A DNA stretch of 64,000 nt from Bacteroidota bacterium. Its GTDB lineage: Bacteria > Bacteroidota > Bacteroidia > Sphingobacteriales > Sphingobacteriaceae. The position numbers and the translations under genes are program-made. The stretch lies in NCBI GenBank assembly GCA_040390445.1, contig JAZJYI010000008.1:551994-615993 (forward strand), in the 5' to 3' direction. Below, in pieces: positions 17,431-25,460 of this stretch. The notes below the pieces were generated by a model. It had not been told where the DNA came from, did not search any database, and saw only the letters and a program-made list of their open reading frames with translations. Within the stretch, counting starts at the first letter, position 1. Every line of letters starts with the position of its first letter.

Positions 17431-20202
17431 ATGAAAAGAGCTATACTTTATATATTATTCTTAAGCCTTATTTATGGGCAAAATACACTGGCGCAGGAGG
17501 CGAGACGGGTAACCGGCGTAGTTACGTCGGCCGATGATGGCCAGCCCTTACCTGGTGTATCTGTACAGGTAAAAGGTACTAATGAGGGTACTGTCACTAA
17601 ACTTGATGGTACGTTTGAACTAAATATAACTACCGGTAAATACCTTATTTTTTCTTTTGTAGGGTACGAAACACAAGAGATTTATATTGATGGTATCCGC
17701 AGGTTTAACGTGGCGCTAAAGCCAAAAGGCAATCAATTGGGCGATGTGCAAATCATCGGTTCACGTAACGCAAACCGTACCAAGCTTAACTCGGCCAACC
17801 CGGTTGATATTATTGATATTAAGGCGCTACAGGAGAGCAGCCCGCAGGTAAGCGTTACTCAACTGCTGCAATACGTATCACCGTCATTCCACTCATCCGT
17901 ATCTGGTGGTGGTGATGCGGCATCGGCAACCTCAACAGCGCAATTGCGTGGGTTGGGAGTAGATCAATTACTGGTTCTGATAAACGGTAAACGCCGCCAT
18001 AAAAGCTCTAACATCAGTTGGGGTGGTTTGGGTAATGGTGCTACCGGTTATGATCTAAACTCTATCCCAACCGGTTCTATAGACCGCATTGAGATACTAC
18101 GCGATGGTGCGGCCGCTCAATATGGTTCTGATGCTATTGCAGGGGTAATTAATATTGTATTGAAGAAATCTACCGATCAGTTAACGCTTAATTCTACTGC
18201 CAGTAGCCGCCGCCGGGGGGATGGCATTACTACGCGTACCAGTAGCAATTACGGCGTTAAACTCGGTGACAAAGGTGGTTTTTTAAACTTGACCGGCGAA
18301 TTTGCTACCCAGGCGGTATCCTTGCCGGTAGGTAGGGATGATGCAGGTTTGTATATAGGCCCTGCATATGGCGGGGGCGCTAACACCCGCGGTTTCGATC
18401 AGATCTATACCAAAGAAATAGATGATGCCATCATCAAATCAAGAGGGATAGACAGGCATTACTTTGACCAGCGCGGCAGCACCAATAAAGCTATTGACGC
18501 ATTGCTGTTCTTTAATGCGGCGGTACCTTTACAAAAAGACGTTGAACTATATAGTTTTGGTGGTATAAGCCAGCGCAATTCACAATTTACGGCCGTTTAC
18601 CGTTTACCAGGCTGGACAGAGCGTAACAATACATTTGTTTATCCTGATGGCTTTTTACCGGCCATGGATAACATCATTTCTGATAAATCATTAGCGGTAG
18701 GCGTAAAAGCCAAAGTACACGGTTGGAATGTAGATATATCAAACGTGTACGGTAATAATAGCTTTGGTAACAATATCTCTAACTCGCTTAATGCAAGCTA
18801 CGGCTTACGTTCGCCGCGTAAATTTGACGCGGGGAGTTATAGCGCCAGCCAGAATACCGGTAGTTTAGATTTTAGCCGCTACTTTGATAAGGTACTGAAA
18901 GGGGTGAACATTGCCTTTGGCGGCCAGTATCGTGTTGAAACTTACCGTATCAATGCAGGCGATGAGGCGTCTTATTCTAAAGCCGACCTGAGGCAGATAT
19001 ACGGTGTGGATACGACATCAGGCGGTATACCTTACACAACATCGTTAGGGCAAACGCCGCTAAACGGTTTATCGCCAGGCTCACAGATCCACGCGGGTTT
19101 CAGGCCAAGTAACGAGGTGAACGTAAACCGCTCCATCTCTGCAGGCTACGCCGATGTGGAAGTGAACGCAACCAACGCCTGGTTGGTATCTGGCGCTTTG
19201 CGAGTTGAGAACTACTCAGATTTTGGGAGCGTATTTACTTACAAAGCCGCAACCCGTTATAAATTTGCCGATTTCTTAAGCGTTCGTGGTTCCATTAACA
19301 CCGGCTTCCGCGCACCCGATCTGGCACAGTTCTATTATACCGAAACATCAACAACGTTCCAGAATGGAGTAGCTATTGATCAGGTTACGGCTAACAACGT
19401 TAATCCGGCTACCAAAGCCTTAGGTATACCGAGCTTAACGCCTGAGCGGTCTAAAGGCTATACCGCTGGTATCACCTCATCGCCCATACCAAATTTTGAG
19501 TTTACGATTGATGCTTATAAAATTGATATCCGCGACAGGGTAGGTAACACGGGCCGTTTTTCGGCTACAGACACCAACCTACCTGCAGATGTAAGGGCAT
19601 TATTTGTGGCAACGGGTACGGTACAGGCTAAGTTCTTCTACAATTCCTTTAGTACCAGTACCAGAGGGGTGGAGCTTACAGGTAGTTATAAATATACTTT
19701 CGAGAATGGCGCTAAAGCAACTTTCCTGGTAGGGGCCAATTTCCTGGAAACTAAATTGACTAAAGTGAACACCCCACCAGGACTGGAAGCGTACCGCTAC
19801 ATTATATTTGATGAGTCGGAGAAGGCTCGTGTAACTAACAACATACCGTCTAAAAAGATCACCTTACAAGGTACTTATGGAATAGACAGGTTCAACTTCC
19901 TGCTGCGTACGGTTTACTTTGGCTCGGTAGTTTCAGTTACCCAATTAAACGCCAATTTTCCTAAGCCCGATTATTACTACCAAACGTTCAGTCCGGTTTG
20001 GATAACCGATTTATCTGTAGGGTATGCGGTATCTAAAAACTTATCGGCTACGATAGGTGCCAACAACCTGTTCAATATACTGGGCGATTATACTATCCCT
20101 GCACCGGGTAGTAACATTACCCGCATCCCTGGCCCGGGCTCTTCACAGGCAGGGACCAATACAGGTATACAGCCATTTGTAAGATTATCGGCTAAATTTT
20201 AA
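17431..20202 (+). CDS. TonB-dependent receptor with an N-terminal carboxypeptidase-regulatory-like domain (not SusC type)
   Basis: Plug motifs LVLINGKRRH and RIEILRDGAAAQYGSDAIAGVINIVLK; C-terminal Phe; no SusD downstream. Confidence 0.92.
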   Translation: MKRAILYILFLSLIYGQNTLAQEARRVTGVVTSADDGQPLPGVSVQVKGTNEGTVTKLDGTFELNITTGKYLIFSFVGYETQEIYIDGIRRFNVALKPKGNQLGDVQIIGSRNANRTKLNSANPVDIIDIKALQESSPQVSVTQLLQYVSPSFHSSVSGGGDAASATSTAQLRGLGVDQLLVLINGKRRHKSSNISWGGLGNGATGYDLNSIPTGSIDRIEILRDGAAAQYGSDAIAGVINIVLKKSTDQLTLNSTASSRRRGDGITTRTSSNYGVKLGDKGGFLNLTGEFATQAVSLPVGRDDAGLYIGPAYGGGANTRGFDQIYTKEIDDAIIKSRGIDRHYFDQRGSTNKAIDALLFFNAAVPLQKDVELYSFGGISQRNSQFTAVYRLPGWTERNNTFVYPDGFLPAMDNIISDKSLAVGVKAKVHGWNVDISNVYGNNSFGNNISNSLNASYGLRSPRKFDAGSYSASQNTGSLDFSRYFDKVLKGVNIAFGGQYRVETYRINAGDEASYSKADLRQIYGVDTTSGGIPYTTSLGQTPLNGLSPGSQIHAGFRPSNEVNVNRSISAGYADVEVNATNAWLVSGALRVENYSDFGSVFTYKAATRYKFADFLSVRGSINTGFRAPDLAQFYYTETSTTFQNGVAIDQVTANNVNPATKALGIPSLTPERSKGYTAGITSSPIPNFEFTIDAYKIDIRDRVGNTGRFSATDTNLPADVRALFVATGTVQAKFFYNSFSTSTRGVELTGSYKYTFENGAKATFLVGANFLETKLTKVNTPPGLEAYRYIIFDESEKARVTNNIPSKKITLQGTYGIDRFNFLLRTVYFGSVVSVTQLNANFPKPDYYYQTFSPVWITDLSVGYAVSKNLSATIGANNLFNILGDYTIPAPGSNITRIPGPGSSQAGTNTGIQPFVRLSAKF

Positions 20203-20224
20203 ATCATATCAATAAACAGAACTC

Positions 20225-21139
20225 ATGAAAATAATGGAATATATTTTAAAAAGAATAAAAAATCCAGAAAGGCTGCGAGGGCTTCAACCTGTCTATGCGT
20301 TAAGTATGCTTATAATATTACTATCAGCATCCTGCAAAAAAACCAATTACCTGGATACTGATAATTCGCAAAGGCCGCCATTAAGCGCCAGGGTGAAATT
20401 GGTGAACGCCTTAAGCATAACCGCGCCAATAAACTTCCTGGATTTTACCAGGCAGGTTAACACCAGCCTGGTAGTTCATAATGCATCTACAGGTTACCTG
20501 GATACACAATTTGGCAAGGTACAATACAACACCACCGAGGGTAGCAATACCAGTTACAAGTCATCATACGTGTTTGGCGGGAGTGCCATTTTTCAGCAGG
20601 AGACGGATAAAGCATCTTTTTCGGGCCCTAATGGCCCCATAGCCGATTTTTATCATACACTATTTGCGGTAGCCAAACGTAAGCCCAGCAAATTAAACCC
20701 CGGTAACCGCGACAGCCTGGTATTGGTTTATGATGATCTGGATGCCCCGGCAGCAGGCAAAACCAAAGTAAGGTTTGCTAACTTCTCGCCCGATGCACCA
20801 AATGTAAGTTTTGCTGCGGCAGGCGGCACCGCCATATTTACCAACGTAGGCTACGGTAGTTTTGGCGATCAAACCGTACTTACTTATGACGCTACAGGTA
20901 AAGGCCCTGCCACCATACCGGGACTAAACTGGAAAACCCTGGGGCCATTTAAAGAGATAGCACCCACGGCAGTAGTAAACTTTGAGATAAGGAATGCCAC
21001 CACCAATGCTGTGATCCCGGTAACCGGAACAGGGTTAACAGGGGTAACATTTGAGGCCGGGAAAATATATACCGTGTTTATAAACGGAACGGTAACAGGT
21101 GGAACTTTAAGCGCGACGATAATTACCCATACTAAGTAA
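20225..21139 (+). CDS. DUF4397-like surface lipoprotein
   Basis: Lipobox LSASC followed by KK; two repeats of the type RVKLVNA and KVRFANFSPDAP; C-terminal GKIYTVFING. Confidence 0.75.
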   Translation: MKIMEYILKRIKNPERLRGLQPVYALSMLIILLSASCKKTNYLDTDNSQRPPLSARVKLVNALSITAPINFLDFTRQVNTSLVVHNASTGYLDTQFGKVQYNTTEGSNTSYKSSYVFGGSAIFQQETDKASFSGPNGPIADFYHTLFAVAKRKPSKLNPGNRDSLVLVYDDLDAPAAGKTKVRFANFSPDAPNVSFAAAGGTAIFTNVGYGSFGDQTVLTYDATGKGPATIPGLNWKTLGPFKEIAPTAVVNFEIRNATTNAVIPVTGTGLTGVTFEAGKIYTVFINGTVTGGTLSATIITHTK

Positions 21140-21175
21140 CAGCACATACAATAAGTGATTTAATATTTGTGCTTT

Positions 21176-21211
21176 AAAGGCAGCGCGGCTTTATACCCGC
21201 CTGCCCTTTTT
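21176..21211 (+). terminator. Intrinsic terminator-like hairpin before sod
   Basis: AAAGGCAGCGCGG pairs imperfectly with CCGCCTGCCCTTT and is followed by a T run. Confidence 0.55.
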
Positions 21212-21237
21212 AACGTTTAATTATAAAAACAATAGCC

Positions 21238-21948
21238 ATGAAAGATAACAGTAGAAGACAATTCATCAAAAATACCCTTGCAGCTACCGCAGCCGTAACC
21301 GTGGGCACATCTTTAATAGATAGTTCAACCGCGTTTGCAGGTGTAGAAGCATTTAAGTTTACACAGGTGCCGCTGCCATTTAAATACGCCGACCTGGAGC
21401 CGAATATTGATGCATTAACTAATGAAATACATTATACAAAGCACCACACCGCATATATTAAAAATGTGAATGATGCCATTGTTGCCGAAAAGATACCCTA
21501 CACCAGCGAAAAGCAATTTTTTGACAATGCCTCAAAACTATCGGCCAAGGCCCGAAACAACGCAGGCGGCGCCTGGAACCATAACTTTTTTTGGGAAAGT
21601 TTGCGCGCACCAGGTGGGGCAGGGCCTCAGGGTAAATTGTTGGATGCTATCAACGGCTCCTTTGGTTCACTTGATAAACTAAAAGAACAATTTAACGATG
21701 CCGCTACAAAACGTTTTGGATCTGGCTGGGCATGGCTGGTTGTTGATGGCGGGAAATTAAAGATTGGGTCAACAGCTAACCAGGATAATCCATTATTTGA
21801 TAATGCCGAACTAAAAGGAACGCCTTTATTGGGCCTGGATGTTTGGGAACATGCCTACTATTTAAAGTACCAGAATCGCCGCCCCGAGTATATTGCTAAT
21901 TTTTGGAATGTAGTTAACTGGGATAAAGTAGCATCGCGATTGAGTTAG
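21238..21948 (+). CDS. sodA: Tat-exported Fe/Mn superoxide dismutase with Mn-type residues
   Basis: Twin-arginine signal SRRQFIK; metal ligands in HYTKHH, NHNFFW and DVWEHAYY. GG in NNAGG and NQD are typical of Mn-type enzymes. Confidence 0.9.
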   Translation: MKDNSRRQFIKNTLAATAAVTVGTSLIDSSTAFAGVEAFKFTQVPLPFKYADLEPNIDALTNEIHYTKHHTAYIKNVNDAIVAEKIPYTSEKQFFDNASKLSAKARNNAGGAWNHNFFWESLRAPGGAGPQGKLLDAINGSFGSLDKLKEQFNDAATKRFGSGWAWLVVDGGKLKIGSTANQDNPLFDNAELKGTPLLGLDVWEHAYYLKYQNRRPEYIANFWNVVNWDKVASRLS

Positions 21949-22556
21949 TTACTGCAGCTAAAATCAGCCCATAGCTTATTCATTCGTTCCCATACCGGTG
22001 CGCCTGTTTTTTGCGGACTAAGCTCGTGAAAAACTATTAGTTTATCTGAGCCGGAGCAAACGCGCACATGTATTATGCAGTTTAATGTTATGGGCCTTTG
22101 GGCCATATAATCGAGCATGTACACTGTTCCGTTATAGGTTTGCAGGTCGTTACCGGCTTTGCTAACTTTTTTAATGCTTGTTTTTATTTTTACAAGTTGT
22201 TCTGGTTTGATGCTTCGTTTCCCGATGTTTCTTTCTACAAGGCCGGTATAATAAGCTGTAAGGTTTTTTTCTATCATGGTTGTAGTGATAGTTGGTTTTG
22301 CGTCAAGCAACCATAAAAACGCATATGACCAATAATCGGAGCTTTTTGCATCACCCCAACCGGGTGTGAAACGGATATCTTCAACCCCATGATAGGGAAT
22401 TGAGGGGGCAAAATCTATTGGGATAGGGAAACGTTCAATGCTCCAGCCGTCTGTTGCAAGTGTATAAGGCGCTTTCCAACTAGGTGCGTCAAATTTTTCC
22501 TGCCCGTAGCTTTTAAAAAATACCAGGCAAATAATTAAGGTCAGGATACTTTTCAT
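21945..22556 (-). CDS. Secreted hypothetical protein
   Basis: 203-aa ORF with a signal peptide (SYG-Q) and a minus-strand TATTTTTG box upstream. Its stop overlaps the sod stop. Confidence 0.75.
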   Translation of the reverse strand: MKSILTLIICLVFFKSYGQEKFDAPSWKAPYTLATDGWSIERFPIPIDFAPSIPYHGVEDIRFTPGWGDAKSSDYWSYAFLWLLDAKPTITTTMIEKNLTAYYTGLVERNIGKRSIKPEQLVKIKTSIKKVSKAGNDLQTYNGTVYMLDYMAQRPITLNCIIHVRVCSGSDKLIVFHELSPQKTGAPVWERMNKLWADFSCSN

Positions 22557-22690
22557 TGTGAGGTTTTTTTCAAAAATAAATCATTATTGGCTGTTAAACA
22601 ATGACTTAAATGTTAAATAACCTTAAATTCCTTTTTGGTTTTAACAAAATAATGTAGTGTAATTAATATGTATATCAAGTAAGGAAAAAC

Positions 22691-22727
22691 TGTCACAATA
22701 CGAACACGCACCGTTCGGTACCGAACG
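22691..22727. promoter_or_regulatory. Tandem palindromic boxes upstream of the ABC permease
   Basis: TGTCACAATACGAACA and the perfect palindrome CGTTCGGTACCGAACG start 21 bp apart. Confidence 0.5.
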
Positions 22728-22825
22728 CTTTTTATTGCTAGGTGATAGTTAAATAATTAACAATCAATTATATATAATTGTGGCTTGAAAAATGTGGTGA
22801 TCTTATAAAGATCAGCGTTAATTGG

Positions 22826-25456
22826 ATGGAAGAACATATATGGTATTTGGTTGAAAAATTTATCTCCGGCGATATCAGTCGCGCCGAGGTGAAGGAATTG
22901 CAATCTTTGCTAGCCTTGTATCCAAAATTATTCCTGTTGGTAAAAGATTTCCTGATCACCTATCAGGATCCCGACCCTCAGGTTAGCCCACAGCAAATAC
23001 AAGCATTTCTGCAAAAAGTAGAAAATAGTAAAAATAAGAACTGGGCTGTAAAAAGTATATGGCAAAAATTAGCTAATGCTATCACCCGTGAAGCAACCAT
23101 GGCCGGGCAGTTCTTTAAAGTTGCTATACGTAACCTGCAAAGAAACAGTAGTATATCTTCCGTTAATATAAGTGGCTTAGCTGTTGGTATTGCAGGGGCA
23201 GTACTTATTTTACTTTGGGTGCAAAACCAGTTAAGTTACGATCAGTTTCACACAAATAAAGCCCGAATATACCAGGTGTTTAACCGCACCATGGCTGAGG
23301 GCGAACTGCGCGCATGGAGCAGCACGCCTATGCCTTTGGCACCGGCCCTTAAGGTCGATTATAGCCAGGTTGAGCAGGCTGTTCGGACAAACTGGGTAGG
23401 TTCATTTGTGTTAAAGAATGGGGATACAAAGCTGGAAACGCAAGGCCTTACAACTGACCCCGGTTTCCTGAAAATATTTAGCTTTCCACTGCTTAATGGT
23501 GATGCCAGTACAGCTTTAAACAATGCACATTCTATTGTGCTTACACAAAAGCTGGCCAAAAAGCTTTTTGGCGATACTGACCCGGTAGGTAAAACCATAG
23601 CGGTAGATAGTACATCCAATTTTACAGTTACCGGCGTACTAAAAGATCTGCCGAATAATACCCAATTCAGTTTTGAATACCTGGTACCTTTTAATTATAT
23701 GAAAGAGGTGCATTGGTACAATACCAATTGGAAATATCATAGCTTACAAACCTATGTGATGCTTAAGCCAGGTGTTACTGAGGCTACTGCCAATAAGTTG
23801 TTCAAGGATATTTATCGCCGTTACCCAGGCGAGAAACGCAATGATGCTTTTGTACACCCCATGAGTAAATGGTGGCTGTATTCTAAATATGATAATGGTA
23901 AGTTTGTGGGTGGCCAAATTACTACCGTACACCTGTTCACTGTTATTGCGTTGCTCATTATTCTCATCGCCTGCATTAATTATATGAACCTGGGTACTGC
24001 ACGCAGTGCAAGGCGGGCAAAAGAAGTAGGCATCCGTAAGGTTGCAGGCGCCGAACGCTCCTGGCTTATCAAGCAGTTTTTGGGCGAATCTGTACTGGTT
24101 ACATTTTTGGCTGCTATTTTCGGTTTAGTATTGGTTCAACTGGCGCTGCCTTGGTTTAATGGTATTGTAGAAAAAACTTTAGTAATGCCTTATGATAAAC
24201 CACTTTTTTGGTTTACTGCCGCAGGTTTTATATTAATAACAGGTATAGTTGCCGGTAGTTATCCGGCATTTTATTTGTCTGGTTTTAAGCCGGTTAGGGT
24301 GTTGAAGGGAAGCATGCAAGCCATGAACGGATTGGTCAACCCGCGTAAGGTGTTGGTTGTTTTACAGTTTACGCTGGCCATAGTATTTATTATAAGTACC
24401 ACGGTAATTTACAGGCAAATAAATTACGCTCAAAAACGCGATACGGGCTACCAGGTAGATAACCTGGTCTACATCTATATCAAGGGTGATATCGCAAAAA
24501 ATTATACTACCATCCGTAACGAACTGGTAAACAGTGGAGCAGTAAGTAGCATTACGCGTACCGCGTCGCCCATTTTGGATATTTGGACCAATAGCGATTC
24601 GTACCAGTGGGATGGGAAACCAGCAGATTCACGCGCATATTTTAACGAGAACCTTACCGATCATAATTTTACAAAAACCTTTGGCCTTAAATTATTGGCA
24701 GGGCGCGATATTGATGTTACAGCCAACCCTACAGATACAAGTGCCATACTGGTTACCCAGCAGGCGGCCAAAGTAATGGGTTTTAAAAACCCTGTGGGGC
24801 AAGCGCTTAAGAACGGGGATAATAATTATCATATTGTTGGCGTAGTGAAAGATTATGTTGCAGTATCGCCTTTTATAACATCAATGCCAATTATTATCCG
24901 TGGTTCGGCCAGGCTGTTTGGCACTATCACCTTAAAATTGAATACACATAACGCTGTAGCGGGCAATATTGATAAGATCAGCAATATATTTAAGCGATAC
25001 AACCCCAATTACCCATTCGACTTTAAGTTTCTGGATGAATCGTACCGGATAAAGTTCCAGCAAGAACAGCATGTAGGACAATTGGTAGCCGTTTTTGCAG
25101 GCCTCAGTATATTTATATGCTGCCTGGGGCTATTTGCATTAGCAGCGTGCATGGCCGAAGGCCGTACAAAGGAGATAGGTATTCGTAAGGTACTGGGCGC
25201 CTCTGTAATAAGGATAACTACCTTGTTAACAAAAGATTTCCTGGTGCTTGTGCTTATTGCATTTGCAATTGCTTCTCCGCTTGCCTGGTGGTTAATGAGC
25301 AAATGGTTGCAGGAGTATCCTTACCATACCGATCTAAACTGGTGGATATTTGGGCTTACCGGCTTAGCATCTATTGTAATAGCCTTTTCAACTGTTAGTT
25401 CCCAAGCTATTAGAGCCGCTGTTGCTAATCCCATAAAAAGCTTAAAAACTGAGTAG
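22826..25456 (+). CDS. MacB/FtsX-type ABC transporter permease with an N-terminal extension of about 91 aa
   Basis: Duplicated periplasmic-core/FtsX architecture with motifs RAKEVGIRKVAGA and RTKEIGIRKVLGAS; ends ANPIKSLKTE. No ATPase gene is nearby. Confidence 0.9.
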   Translation: MEEHIWYLVEKFISGDISRAEVKELQSLLALYPKLFLLVKDFLITYQDPDPQVSPQQIQAFLQKVENSKNKNWAVKSIWQKLANAITREATMAGQFFKVAIRNLQRNSSISSVNISGLAVGIAGAVLILLWVQNQLSYDQFHTNKARIYQVFNRTMAEGELRAWSSTPMPLAPALKVDYSQVEQAVRTNWVGSFVLKNGDTKLETQGLTTDPGFLKIFSFPLLNGDASTALNNAHSIVLTQKLAKKLFGDTDPVGKTIAVDSTSNFTVTGVLKDLPNNTQFSFEYLVPFNYMKEVHWYNTNWKYHSLQTYVMLKPGVTEATANKLFKDIYRRYPGEKRNDAFVHPMSKWWLYSKYDNGKFVGGQITTVHLFTVIALLIILIACINYMNLGTARSARRAKEVGIRKVAGAERSWLIKQFLGESVLVTFLAAIFGLVLVQLALPWFNGIVEKTLVMPYDKPLFWFTAAGFILITGIVAGSYPAFYLSGFKPVRVLKGSMQAMNGLVNPRKVLVVLQFTLAIVFIISTTVIYRQINYAQKRDTGYQVDNLVYIYIKGDIAKNYTTIRNELVNSGAVSSITRTASPILDIWTNSDSYQWDGKPADSRAYFNENLTDHNFTKTFGLKLLAGRDIDVTANPTDTSAILVTQQAAKVMGFKNPVGQALKNGDNNYHIVGVVKDYVAVSPFITSMPIIIRGSARLFGTITLKLNTHNAVAGNIDKISNIFKRYNPNYPFDFKFLDESYRIKFQQEQHVGQLVAVFAGLSIFICCLGLFALAACMAEGRTKEIGIRKVLGASVIRITTLLTKDFLVLVLIAFAIASPLAWWLMSKWLQEYPYHTDLNWWIFGLTGLASIVIAFSTVSSQAIRAAVANPIKSLKTE

Positions 25457-25460
25457 GGAA

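Noticed and set aside
21945-21948. Overlapping stop codons of convergent genes (also the 4-bp gap at 25456-25461)
   Set aside because: This is common in compact genomes and there is no further evidence of antisense regulation.
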